In this document: piece by piece, positions 19,470 to 28,851 of the stretch | Numbering within the stretch: position 1 is the stretch's first letter | Layout of the letters: each line of letters starts with the position of its first letter | DNA from: Candidatus Micrarchaeota archaeon | GTDB taxonomy: Archaea > Micrarchaeota > Micrarchaeia > Micrarchaeales > CABMGC01 | Direction: 5' to 3' | DNA: 64,000 nt | Assembly: GCA_027334165.1 (NCBI GenBank) | Contig: DAHWXM010000015.1 | Location: forward strand, 13,832 to 77,831 | The notes under the pieces: generated by a model | What the model was told of the DNA's origin: nothing | Databases searched by the model: none | What the model saw: only the letters and a program-made list of their open reading frames with translations | Program-made: the position numbers and the translations under genes

Positions 19470-21578
19470 TTAATCGATTGTAACGCTCGGCATGACGCCG
19501 CCTGGCGGATAGGTCCGTATCCTAACCCAGTATATGTACTCGGAGCTCTCCGCGGCTCCGCCAGGGTCAAGGCTGGCTGAATATCCTGTAGTGTATTGCG
19601 TGCCCGCAGTGAACGCAAACGAGTTCGAGTATATCGGGGCGTAACTGCCGTAGCTGTAAGAATTCCAATACATCGTGCCGGCAGAAGTGAACGCTTCACT
19701 GTCGATGAGCAGCGGTACCGTCGGGCTGGTAAACGCCGGAGTCATCGTCCCTGTTGCGCTCTGCATCCAGAAATACCCTGCCTGATCTGTGAGCGCATTG
19801 GTCGAATAATATCCAAAATCAGATCCCGACGGACTGCCTGACAAGCTTGGATTAACCCTGTCCCTGATGTCTGTGCCTGAGCTTCCATAAAGGTTTATAG
19901 CCGCCTCGCGGACAAAGTTGTTCGTACTCTGTGCTGTCAAAAAGTTTATCGCGGCACTGCCGCCGCCCGTGCTGGTATTAAGCCGCACACCATTATCTAC
20001 CGTTATCAGCCCGTTCGTTGTACCGCTGCTCCACTTGCTCGCGTTTAATGCGGCTCCAGCAAAGTTGTCATAGAAGCCGAACACGCTCGCCCCATCATCA
20101 TACTCGGCATAAGTGCTGGAGAGCTGGGGGGCTTCGCCTATTCCGCTTGTGCCAGAGCTGGAGAGGAGGTTTGTGGATAGCGGCGCGAACCCCAAATAAA
20201 TGACTACGGCACCGTTGGCAGGAATGCCACTTGGCAGGTTCACCCATGTGATTAGCTTTCCGCTGCTGTTGTCCTCTATCCAAGACGGCAGCACCTGTCC
20301 GGAACCCCCAATGTACTCGAAGTTGGCCATGTTTCCATTGTACGCCAGTTCCCCGCCGAAGCTACTCTCCGTAATGTTAATCATCTGCTGGAACGGCGCA
20401 GGAGTTGCCGAGCCCTGTGAGTTAGTGAGTGTCACGGGAACTGATTGGTACACAGGTACAGATATCGCGCTCGAGGTGATGAACAAGGCTGGGTTCCCCG
20501 AATCAGTTGCCTTCAGCTCGAATTGGTATGTCCCTACAACCGTGTTTGTTGTGGTTGAGAAAACGCACGTGTCTGTTGCGGGCTCCGCACAATCCGTTGC
20601 ATTGGAAAAGGATCCCGCCCCTGGCTTTTCCTCGAGCCATTGGTATGAGTACGGCGTCACGCCCCCGCTCGCGCCCGTGTCACTTATGGTTGCCGATTGC
20701 ACCTGGAAGATGTATTGTGCGGATGAACTTGGAGCCGCAAGGCTCAGCGCCGCCGGTATCGTTGTACTTGTCGATGTAGATGTGGACGCGGTGGTGATGG
20801 TTTCTTTGGCGTACGTGGCAGTTATGGTGCCATTGCCCTCCGCAAACAGGGTTGTCGATATAGAATCTGGATTGGTCACCGTTATGTTAATTCCCGAAGG
20901 TACCCAGCTTCCAAACTCGTATCCGGGGATCTCCTGCGCGTATACATTGTAGTTTACTCCTTCCAGCAGGTAGAGCTCTGTGTTCGAAGGATACGGTGCC
21001 CCCTGCAGAATTACGTTTCCGCTAACCGGGGATGTGAGCAGCGTGACTCTCATGCCTATGTTATGGTACGGGGACACAAAAGAGGTTCCCGTGCCAGACG
21101 TATTATACGCGCTGCCGCATGAAGTTCTGTCGCACGTCCGGTAGCTCACCGAAAACGCGAGCGCAATCTGGGATCCGGCGCCGGGGGCATACCCGTTTAT
21201 GGTCGCGTTGCATATGCCCGTGCCTCCAGAAGGTACGTTTGCAGGGTAGCAACTTCCCGCCGCACTGCCGTTCACGAAGGTAGAAGTTACGGAGAAGCCT
21301 CCATTGGCAAAATGCATGTCAGTGCCCAGACCATTCAGGAATATCATCGTGACTTTCGAATCGGTGCCGTTTGACATTACTACAAGGTTCTGGCAATCTA
21401 TGCCTGGGGTTATGTAACAGTATGATTGCGAGTATGTTGTGGTTCCCTTGGATAGCACCAGCACCGTGATGATAGAAACCAGCACTATCAGTATTACAAA
21501 TGACCAGGAATAGGCGGACAGGAACTCTATTACAGACTGGCCGCGGTCTCTTCCCTGTGACGACATCCTCCTTCCCAT
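19470..21578 (-). CDS. Large class III signal peptide protein with DUF2341-like and LamG-like domains (putative surface adhesin)
   Basis: N-terminus ...RDRGQSVIEFLSAYSWSFVILIVLVSIITVLVL is prepilin-like. Ser/Thr linker TTASTSTSTSTT. The segment MANFEYIGGSGQVLPSWIEDNSSGKLITWVNLPSGIPANGAVVIYLGF resembles DUF2341. Confidence 0.7.
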   Translation of the reverse strand: MGRRMSSQGRDRGQSVIEFLSAYSWSFVILIVLVSIITVLVLSKGTTTYSQSYCYITPGIDCQNLVVMSNGTDSKVTMIFLNGLGTDMHFANGGFSVTSTFVNGSAAGSCYPANVPSGGTGICNATINGYAPGAGSQIALAFSVSYRTCDRTSCGSAYNTSGTGTSFVSPYHNIGMRVTLLTSPVSGNVILQGAPYPSNTELYLLEGVNYNVYAQEIPGYEFGSWVPSGINITVTNPDSISTTLFAEGNGTITATYAKETITTASTSTSTSTTIPAALSLAAPSSSAQYIFQVQSATISDTGASGGVTPYSYQWLEEKPGAGSFSNATDCAEPATDTCVFSTTTNTVVGTYQFELKATDSGNPALFITSSAISVPVYQSVPVTLTNSQGSATPAPFQQMINITESSFGGELAYNGNMANFEYIGGSGQVLPSWIEDNSSGKLITWVNLPSGIPANGAVVIYLGFAPLSTNLLSSSGTSGIGEAPQLSSTYAEYDDGASVFGFYDNFAGAALNASKWSSGTTNGLITVDNGVRLNTSTGGGSAAINFLTAQSTNNFVREAAINLYGSSGTDIRDRVNPSLSGSPSGSDFGYYSTNALTDQAGYFWMQSATGTMTPAFTSPTVPLLIDSEAFTSAGTMYWNSYSYGSYAPIYSNSFAFTAGTQYTTGYSASLDPGGAAESSEYIYWVRIRTYPPGGVMPSVTID

Positions 21579-21686
21579 CGGATACCTTGTAAATTGAACC
21601 TATAAATTACTTATGCACCGCACCGAGCCAGGCAATGGCGTGAAAGATATTTAAACCTTAAGCGAGGATAACTTACAGATGAGAAA

Positions 21687-21968
21687 ATGGCCACAAGAGA
21701 GAAAAGGGAAACGATAGTGGTGGATCCTGAACTGTGGATGAGGCGCCGCCTTCATTATCAGGAAAAGAATTCTGGTTGGCACATATTCAAGAATGTGTAC
21801 TGGGCCGTGTATGCCCTGTTCCTAGGGATATTTCTTATGTATTACCCAGTGCTGAACCTCTCGCTACCGTTCTTTGCCGGGATATCGCTGATAGTCTTTG
21901 CGATAATGGCCGTGGTGTTCGGATTCGCAGAGGCTCTGCACAACAAGCTTATGCACAAATACGGCTGA
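21687..21968 (+). CDS. Small membrane protein, 2 TM
   Basis: 93-aa ORF with two hydrophobic helices (VYWAVYALFLGIFLMYYPV and FFAGISLIVFAIMAVVFGF). TATA-like ATATTTAAAC lies upstream. Confidence 0.5.
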   Translation: MATREKRETIVVDPELWMRRRLHYQEKNSGWHIFKNVYWAVYALFLGIFLMYYPVLNLSLPFFAGISLIVFAIMAVVFGFAEALHNKLMHKYG

Positions 21969-22045
21969 ATCCAAACCTGCCGCGCGCATCAGCGCGGACG
22001 TCACCGCACGGGTCTTAGACGTCACATGGCACTCCGCGCGTACCG

Positions 22046-23224
22046 ATGCGTACGCCATACATCGCGCTGGTCCGCATGAGGATACCAAACATATACACAC
22101 ACAAGCACACCAAGTACTTTATACTGGTACCGCTGGTGCTGCTTCTGTTCGGGCTGTACTTCTCCACAAAGATCGTGCTCGACACGTCCCTCAGTGGAGG
22201 TGCCATGATAACAATGCAGAGCAATACCACGCTCACACAGCAACAGCTATCTGCAATGATCGGTTCGGCGCTGCACGTGCTTGCGCCAACGGTGCAGAAG
22301 AGCAGCGGTACCGTCACCATAACAATTCCCGCGAACCAGAGCATCTCAAATGCGTACGACCAGCTGCTCGCGTTCTATTCGAACCAGACGTTCTACGACA
22401 CGTACTTGGTCAACCAGACCGAGGCGTCCATAGCACTCAAGTCCTCTCCGGGCAACAGCACCATAACGGCGATGCTGAATCAGGCCAATGCCGGAATGGC
22501 AAAGGCCGCGCATGGCATGAGTGCGTCCCTCTCGGCCGAACTGTACTCCCTCAATGCCTTCATACCAACACCGGTATACAATTCAAGCGATGTGGCAGCG
22601 ATGGCTTCGATAGCGCAACGGTCGTACACCAATGCAAGCCTGGCATACCAACGCAACGTTGTCGGCGAACTGTCAAAGATAGTGCCTTCAACATCGCCTC
22701 CTTCGTACCAACCAATAACAGAGCAGCAAGGACGTGCATTCCTCGCTGAACTTGTGGACATAGTGATAACCGCGTTCGTGCTGGTTTCGATAGTGGTATT
22801 TGTCATATTCCGCTCTCCAATCCCATCTTTTGCCGTGGTCTTCGGAGCAGCAAACGACATAATAATAGCGCTAGGCGCAATGGGGCTCTTCGGAATACCC
22901 CTCGGGATAGCCAGTATAGGCGGGCTTCTCATGCTAATCGGATACTCGATAGACACGGACCTGCTAACATCGATAAGGATACTCAAGAGACACGAGGGCA
23001 CTCCGGAGGAGCGCGCCTACTCGTCAATGTCCACTGGTCTGACCATGACCGGTGCCGCCATAGCGTCATTCGCAGTCCTGTTCGTGTTCTCTATGATAGC
23101 ATACGTGCCTACATACTACGAGATTGCCGGTGTAGTGCTTTTCGGGCTGATAGGCGACCTTGCAACAACATGGCTGGGTAACGCCTCCATAATACTGGCT
23201 TACACCAAGAGGAAGAGGTCTTGA
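22046..23224 (+). CDS. secF: Protein-export membrane protein SecF
   Basis: C-terminal 6-TM region FVIFRSPIPSFAVVFGAANDIIIALGAMGLFGIPLGIASIGGLLMLIGYSIDTDLL. Followed 1 nt later by secD. Confidence 0.8.
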   Translation: MRTPYIALVRMRIPNIYTHKHTKYFILVPLVLLLFGLYFSTKIVLDTSLSGGAMITMQSNTTLTQQQLSAMIGSALHVLAPTVQKSSGTVTITIPANQSISNAYDQLLAFYSNQTFYDTYLVNQTEASIALKSSPGNSTITAMLNQANAGMAKAAHGMSASLSAELYSLNAFIPTPVYNSSDVAAMASIAQRSYTNASLAYQRNVVGELSKIVPSTSPPSYQPITEQQGRAFLAELVDIVITAFVLVSIVVFVIFRSPIPSFAVVFGAANDIIIALGAMGLFGIPLGIASIGGLLMLIGYSIDTDLLTSIRILKRHEGTPEERAYSSMSTGLTMTGAAIASFAVLFVFSMIAYVPTYYEIAGVVLFGLIGDLATTWLGNASIILAYTKRKRS

Positions 23225-23225
23225 A

Positions 23226-24821
23226 ATGAGCATACTCGAGTACGTGAAGAACATTCGCATAACCGCATTCCTTATACTCATACTGTTATTCGCAGCTCTT
23301 GACGCCGTGTATGGAATACACCTCGGCATAGACTTCGCCGGTGGGGTCCAGATTCCGATATTGCTGGAGCACAGCGTCAGCCCGCAGAACATGAGCATCA
23401 TAGTAGGCATAATCACCCAGAGGATATCCTCATTCGGCCTCAGCAACCCCTCAGTGTACGGACAGGGCAGCTCCGAAATCATAGTGCAGCTCCCCAACGC
23501 TTCCAACGCCTCCATACAGCACACCATACAAGTAATAGAAAATCAAGGCATCTTTCAGGGAATAGTTGGCGGCAAGGAGGCCATCAACGGCACGGGCATC
23601 ATCGGTTCCAGCGTTACTTCCTCACAAACGAGCTCGGCTCAGGGCAATTTCACGTGGCAGGTCAGCTTCCTCGTATCCCCATCCGCCGCTGTAAGATTCT
23701 CAAAGGTGGCTCTCGGCCAAGCCAACCAGCCGCTCTACCTGTTCCTCGATAGGCCATCCAACGCCATAGTTCTCCTCAATGCCTCACTGATTCCGAGCCC
23801 TGCGCTTGGAGCTGGCAAGAACTCACAGATGCTGGCAATACAGGAGGCAGCTGCCTTGGGCAACCAGAGCGTTCTGGTAGAGGTGCTCGATGCCAACATG
23901 TCCAACTGGAAAGCGGTGGAGTCAGTGCTATCGTCAGAGCGCAGCAGGTACTCCAAGGTGATAGTGCAGAACGGAACGGCGCAGTCAATACTTTCGGCGA
24001 TAGCGTCGCTCAACTACACGGTCTTGCAGAAGAGCACCACAGACATTACCCCAGTGATATCACAAGCGACAACTTCCACCGGCACCGCGTCCGCTCCTTT
24101 TGTTGACTCGTGGCCTGCGATAGGCCTTCTTTCGGCGCCGATGCTGAATCCAGGCGTGACCGATGGGTCCATCTCCCAGAACTATCAGATATCCGGTCCG
24201 GCGCCTTCAAACATGACTTACCAGCAGCAGGCAAACTATTCCGTGCAAGAAGGCAGGACGATATCGAGCATACTCAAAGGCGGCTCGCTTCCTGTGCAGG
24301 TCACTGTAGGGACACCGATAACAATACCCCCGACCCTCGGCGCACGCGCGGCATTTGTTAGCGGCATAGCGGCACTGCTCGCCGTCATAGCCGTTGCAGT
24401 TGTCATAGTTGTGCGGTACAAGAAGCTGTTTCTGATAGGCCCGATAATACTCACGACACTCGGGGAACTATTCATCATAGCGTCGATACTCGGCCTTGCA
24501 GGCGGCATTGACCTCGCCGCGGTTGCAGGAATGATAGCCGTGGTCGGCACGGGAGTTGATGCGCAAATAATAATATCCGACGAACTGCTGGTGCACCGTG
24601 GTGAGTCGCAGGGTTCCACTAAGAGCAGACTCGGCAGGGCGTTCTACATAATCTGGGCAGATGCGGCATTGATCTTCATAGCGATGATGCCTCTGTTCTT
24701 TTCCACCTCCCTCACATCCGTGGTCGGCTTTGCCGAATCCACGATAGCAGGCGCAATACTCGGTGCATTCGTGACAAGGCCTGCTTACGGAAGCATACTC
24801 GCAAAGCACTACTCCACGTGA
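23226..24821 (+). CDS. secD: Protein-export membrane protein SecD
   Basis: C-terminal TM bundle LTTLGELFIIASILGLAGGIDLAAVAGMIAVVGTGVDAQIIISDE, a large extracytoplasmic loop, and the archaeal secF-secD order. Confidence 0.8.
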   Translation: MSILEYVKNIRITAFLILILLFAALDAVYGIHLGIDFAGGVQIPILLEHSVSPQNMSIIVGIITQRISSFGLSNPSVYGQGSSEIIVQLPNASNASIQHTIQVIENQGIFQGIVGGKEAINGTGIIGSSVTSSQTSSAQGNFTWQVSFLVSPSAAVRFSKVALGQANQPLYLFLDRPSNAIVLLNASLIPSPALGAGKNSQMLAIQEAAALGNQSVLVEVLDANMSNWKAVESVLSSERSRYSKVIVQNGTAQSILSAIASLNYTVLQKSTTDITPVISQATTSTGTASAPFVDSWPAIGLLSAPMLNPGVTDGSISQNYQISGPAPSNMTYQQQANYSVQEGRTISSILKGGSLPVQVTVGTPITIPPTLGARAAFVSGIAALLAVIAVAVVIVVRYKKLFLIGPIILTTLGELFIIASILGLAGGIDLAAVAGMIAVVGTGVDAQIIISDELLVHRGESQGSTKSRLGRAFYIIWADAALIFIAMMPLFFSTSLTSVVGFAESTIAGAILGAFVTRPAYGSILAKHYST

Positions 24822-24827
24822 TGAACG

Positions 24828-25463
24828 ATGCCTAGACACTGCGCTACCTGCAACAGATCCGAAAAGGACTTCAAGTTCTACGGGGGATTCTGCGAGGTGT
24901 GCGCCGCAAAGCGTCTCGGAGACAAGCTCCCAAAGCTCATCGAACTTGAAAGATGCAAGCGCTGCGGCAGGATATGGGTGAATGGCAGGTTTGCGGACCC
25001 GAACCCGAAGGCGCTCGAGGAGGCCATAGCGCAGAAGATGCGTGGCTACAGGATACACCTTATAGACAACGACGACGAAGGCGCGCTTCTCGACATTACA
25101 GAAGAGAAGGAGCAGGGCGGCGTCTCCACGGAGAAGAGGATTGCGGTGAAGGTCAAGACCCGCACGTGCGATGATTGCTACAAACGCGCCAGCGGCTATT
25201 GGGAGGCATTAATACAGTTGCGCGGCCAACGGGATCGGGTGGAGCGCCTTGCGGCCCGCATGGAGCGATACATAAGCAAGAGCGCAGCATTCATCTCAAA
25301 GACCGAGGACGTGGAAACCGGGAAGAACATATACATAAGCAGCAAGACCGTTGCAAGCGGAATGATTTCACACATGGAGTTGAAATACACGTCCTCCTTC
25401 ACACTGTACGGAATAAAGAACGGAAAACGCGTTTTCCGAAACACTTACGCAATACATTTATAG
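24828..25463 (+). CDS. NMD3-family (60S export adaptor-like) zinc protein
   Basis: CATCN...CEVC...CKRCG then TRTCDDCYKRASGYWEALIQLRG, the characteristic NMD3 N-terminal Cys4 clusters plus the QLR motif. 211 aa, a short form. Confidence 0.6.
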   Translation: MPRHCATCNRSEKDFKFYGGFCEVCAAKRLGDKLPKLIELERCKRCGRIWVNGRFADPNPKALEEAIAQKMRGYRIHLIDNDDEGALLDITEEKEQGGVSTEKRIAVKVKTRTCDDCYKRASGYWEALIQLRGQRDRVERLAARMERYISKSAAFISKTEDVETGKNIYISSKTVASGMISHMELKYTSSFTLYGIKNGKRVFRNTYAIHL

Positions 25464-25506
25464 GAGTTCAAGGATAAGTTTACTAGTCCTTCAACGGTAG
25501 GTTCAC

Positions 25507-26646
25507 ATGAGAATGGCAAACGCAATCCTTCTGCTACTCTTGGTCCTTGGATCCAACGTGTACGCGCTTAACGTATCTCAGATTTATTCCGGTTCGGGTG
25601 AAAGGTGCCTGCAACTTACTCCCTCCAACATCACCTGTCCCGATGGAATCCCTATAGTCACTAGCTTCGCGCTGTCTTCCCAGAGTTATCCTAACTATTA
25701 TTATGGCAACTTTACCGCGTACGCCCTTCGTGGCGAGAACATGAGCTCTCCAGTCAACGCGTATGGGGAGCCGTGCACCGTGTCGAGCAGCAGCACGTCG
25801 GTGTGCTTCGTAACAATACCTCCTGTTCCATTCACGGCCCTGAACGGCACTCTGAACGAGAGCCTCACCATACGCCTGGTGTCACAGCTGTATCCTCAAG
25901 TGGCGTATAATTATACATTCAATGTAACGATAAATCATTACATCAACGCAACGCTTATTCCAATAGTCGGATTCTACAACAGCACGCTCACGGAGTACAC
26001 AAACATAGCGTCGGCATACGGCAGCGTGTGCGGCACATACTACATATGTGATACCGGCATATCCGGTGCTCTATCCACGGCAAAAAGCTACATGGGCAAC
26101 GCCACTTACGCAATGAACGGCTATCGCGCACAGGAGGCGTACTTCAACGCGAGCATGGCGAACAGGACACTCGCATCAATACTCCCACAGTACAACACAT
26201 TCGAGACCAATGCAAACAAGATCATCAACAACATACTTGGAGGACAGGAGATGATCACCAACGCCTCCACATCGTTCTCCATCAATGAGGGCATACTGAA
26301 CAAGTGCAACAGTACCGAGGCAAGGGCTCTGAATGCAAGCATCAATTCTGTAAAGACCTATTCCATAGTGAATACGCTCAACTCATCGGCGCTTTACCTC
26401 AGCGCCGCCTCCGGAGTGCAGACTAATGTGGCAGAGTCCATAAAGCGCTGTCAGAATCAGCTGTACAACCTTTCCGGGTCTTCCACGCCGGCACCCACGA
26501 AGCCTCCCCAGGGGAAACCAACACAGATATCCCTGTCAAATGCATGGTATCTGGCGCTCATACCAGTTATAATAATACTGATATACCTGATACTGCGTTC
26601 AAACGAAGCCAAGGAGATACGCAAGATACGCGAGGGCAGCAGCTGA
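25507..26646 (+). CDS. Secreted, C-terminally anchored sequon-rich protein
   Basis: Signal peptide MANAILLLLLVLGSNVYA, about 18 N-X-S/T sequons by my count, and a C-terminal TM WYLALIPVIIILIYLIL followed by a charged tail. Confidence 0.6.
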   Translation: MRMANAILLLLLVLGSNVYALNVSQIYSGSGERCLQLTPSNITCPDGIPIVTSFALSSQSYPNYYYGNFTAYALRGENMSSPVNAYGEPCTVSSSSTSVCFVTIPPVPFTALNGTLNESLTIRLVSQLYPQVAYNYTFNVTINHYINATLIPIVGFYNSTLTEYTNIASAYGSVCGTYYICDTGISGALSTAKSYMGNATYAMNGYRAQEAYFNASMANRTLASILPQYNTFETNANKIINNILGGQEMITNASTSFSINEGILNKCNSTEARALNASINSVKTYSIVNTLNSSALYLSAASGVQTNVAESIKRCQNQLYNLSGSSTPAPTKPPQGKPTQISLSNAWYLALIPVIIILIYLILRSNEAKEIRKIREGSS

Positions 26647-26682
26647 ATTCTTTGCGCTGCGTCAATCGTACCGCTGCCCGGA

Positions 26683-26991
26683 TCATTCTATAAGGAATAT
26701 CTGTATGAATGGCACACCTTCGACAACCGCGACGCTCCCCTGATCCGCCATCCCCTTCTTCAGGAAAACCTTAACGGATTCCTCTCCAACCACGTTGGCC
26801 GAATAGAACTTCTCATCTCCGATTTCTTCCGCAGCCTTTTCGCTGTTTACGAGTTCCCCCCTGTAGAACCCAGCATACTTGTTAAGGTCCACCTCTCGGA
26901 CCCCCTCGGAGAGTACCCTGCCAAGCACCTTCTCATCACACATGGCTATTATGCGGCCCTTTTCCGTATCGTGTTGCTTAAGGTAGATCAT
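26683..26991 (-). CDS. DUF424-like small archaeal protein
   Basis: MIYLKQHDTEKGRIIAMCDEKVLGRVL...FYRGELV..., about 100 aa. The pattern recalls the DUF424 family; this is from memory only. Confidence 0.45.
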   Translation of the reverse strand: MIYLKQHDTEKGRIIAMCDEKVLGRVLSEGVREVDLNKYAGFYRGELVNSEKAAEEIGDEKFYSANVVGEESVKVFLKKGMADQGSVAVVEGVPFIQIFLIE

Positions 26992-26992
26992 G

Positions 26993-28597
26993 TTATCCGT
27001 ACCTATAGAAGAAATAAAACGTCGAACTGTACAGCAGACCGTACCAGAGGAGCCACAGCCCCCCCGAAAGGTTGTCTATTAACAGCGCCGAGCTGCCCAG
27101 GAGGAACAACAATGCAGCAAACCCTATCTCAAACGCCGAGTTCTGCATCGCCGCTATCACACTTCCGCTCCGTCCGCCGCTAGATCTGACCCACTTGTGT
27201 TGCGGATTTAGGTTTAGTACCGCACTAAGTGCTGCCTTTGTCCTGACAAACACCAGTGCAAAATTCACAAGGAATACCATGAACCCCTTCTTGGCCGAAC
27301 CGAAGTAGAGCTTTGTGAGCAGTATGGGCGTTATGATCGATATTATGAGGGCACCCATACCGAAGAGCTCCAATTCCATGTTCAGGTATGTCGGGCTTAT
27401 CAGCTGCCGTATGCTGATGTGGGATATTGGGTACGTTGAGAATACTATGAGAATCGATGTTATGGTAAACAGCAGAAGCACCGAAGACAGGTAGTTGAGC
27501 CCGAAACCGTGGGTCATGTAGTCTATCTTTGACAGTGTTGACATCAGCTTCTTGCTTTTCGTCTTCCTCTCTATGAAGTATCTAAGGAATTGCGTATCGC
27601 CGTAATTATACCTCCACTGCTGCTTCGCCAGTTCGCTGAAGCTTCTTATCGGTTTGCCCAAGGCGTATACCCTGGGCAAGTAAAGGCTCTTGTACTTGTT
27701 TATGTCCGATTCGAAGCTGAAGAAAGTGTCCTCTATGACGTACTCGGGGAATCCGCCTATGACATCCAGTGCCTTTCTCCTTATGACCCCACACGAGCCC
27801 GCGAAGATCGCCGTGTTGTTCAGTGCCCTTGCGGGCTGCACAAACTTGAAGAAGAAACCATCGAAAAGGTTTATTGTTTCAGAGAAGAAGGTCCCGTTCG
27901 AGTACCGCTTCTCAGTTTGTATGTACGAGAGTTCATCATCCTGGAAATATGGCATCGTATCGAGCAGGAAATTTCTGTTGGTCAGGTATTCATCATAATC
28001 GAATATGGCCACGAATTCCTCCCTAGAGCCTCTGAGCATGTTGTTCAGCGCACCCGCCTTGTATCCGCGTCTCTCATCCCTGTGCAGATAGACTATGTTG
28101 TTCCTCCTGCTGAATGCGGCTAGTTCCTTGCCCTTCTCATCGTCCGTCGAATCGTCAAGCAGATAGAACCTCAGTTTTCCCTTCGGGTAATTCAAACTCT
28201 TAAGCCGAAGCATGTTCTTCTCTACCATGGCTGGATCCTCATTGAACGTGGGCATCGCGATGGCCACCGTAGGGAAATGGGACATCGGCCTAAGCGATTT
28301 GCTTATGTCGCGAAGATGCCTGCCGTAGAAGTACGATCTGTAGTACCAGTATGATGTTGCTATGTTGAAGAGTCCAGAAACCGTGGATAGCACAAGGAAC
28401 AACACCGCAAGCACGTACATATAAACCGTGGAGGCGTTGAGGATCAGATACGCCGATAGTATGAATCCGAACACGGTTAGCACTAAGAAAAGGATAACCC
28501 CCAAAAAGCGCATCTTGCTGTTTCCGTTCCTCTTTATGTAACTCATTAAAAAATCATGCCCGGGGCGCATCGGCGCACATAATCTATTCCCGCACAA
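26993..28597 (-). CDS. Membrane-embedded processive family 2 glycosyltransferase (cellulose/chitin-synthase-like)
   Basis: TVAIAMPTFNEDP, YLLDDSTDD, FDYDEY, IEDTFFS and a QQWRY (QxxRW-like) motif, flanked by 2 N-terminal and several C-terminal TM helices. The start could also be Met18 (28546). Confidence 0.75.
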   Translation of the reverse strand: MCGNRLCAPMRPGHDFLMSYIKRNGNSKMRFLGVILFLVLTVFGFILSAYLILNASTVYMYVLAVLFLVLSTVSGLFNIATSYWYYRSYFYGRHLRDISKSLRPMSHFPTVAIAMPTFNEDPAMVEKNMLRLKSLNYPKGKLRFYLLDDSTDDEKGKELAAFSRRNNIVYLHRDERRGYKAGALNNMLRGSREEFVAIFDYDEYLTNRNFLLDTMPYFQDDELSYIQTEKRYSNGTFFSETINLFDGFFFKFVQPARALNNTAIFAGSCGVIRRKALDVIGGFPEYVIEDTFFSFESDINKYKSLYLPRVYALGKPIRSFSELAKQQWRYNYGDTQFLRYFIERKTKSKKLMSTLSKIDYMTHGFGLNYLSSVLLLFTITSILIVFSTYPISHISIRQLISPTYLNMELELFGMGALIISIITPILLTKLYFGSAKKGFMVFLVNFALVFVRTKAALSAVLNLNPQHKWVRSSGGRSGSVIAAMQNSAFEIGFAALLFLLGSSALLIDNLSGGLWLLWYGLLYSSTFYFFYRYG

Positions 28598-28692
28598 TAA
28601 TTTTAAACCCTTGCCCGCGCGTCGTTGTCAAAGCACCAGACAATCTGCGTTGACCCGCAGTTTATAATACCTTTTCAATAATATGTATCACT

Positions 28693-28818
28693 GCCGGGAT
28701 GGCAGAACCAGGTATTGCGCCAGAAGCATTTGGCGAAACTCGAGATCTGGTGGCCAAAAGCCTTCTGGGTTCAAAATGCGACCCGTACGGGCCGGCGCAT
28801 GAAAGTCCCAGTCCCGGC
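28693..28818 (-). rRNA. rrf: Probable 5S rRNA (126 nt), not linked to 16S/23S
   Basis: Minus strand reads GCCGGGACUGGG...CCCGUAC...UUUGAACCCAGAAGG...GGCCACCAG...CCUGGUUCUGCCAUCCCGGC. There is a 7-bp terminal helix (GCCGGGA/UCCCGGC). The loop C/helix III signature GAACnCAGAAG sits at nt 47-57, close to the 44-54 I recall for bacterial 5S. CCCGUAC, CCACCAG and GGUUC lie at nearly the same positions as in the haloarchaeal 5S I recall. A helix V candidate is ACCAG/CUGGU, and a CGCCA/UGGCG hairpin could form helix IV. Confidence 0.6.
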
Positions 28819-28851
28819 GCATTAACAACTATCCTGATTCCCCTCTGTCGA

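Noticed and set aside
19376-19699. N-terminal extension of the DP1 ORF (and likewise 17752..17877 for DP2, 8777..8830 for the thermosome, and 53422..53559 for the AbiEii-like gene).
   Set aside because: The extensions overlap neighbouring genes or contain the gene's own TATA box, and they do not resemble the N-termini of the respective families.
21969-22045. GC-rich spacer with hairpin CCGCGC-GCATCA-GCGCGG and duplicated GACGTCAC / GCGTAC strings, considered as a small RNA or tRNA.
   Set aside because: No cloverleaf or known RNA motif could be built. It is most simply a terminator-like hairpin after the small membrane protein gene, or part of the secF leader.
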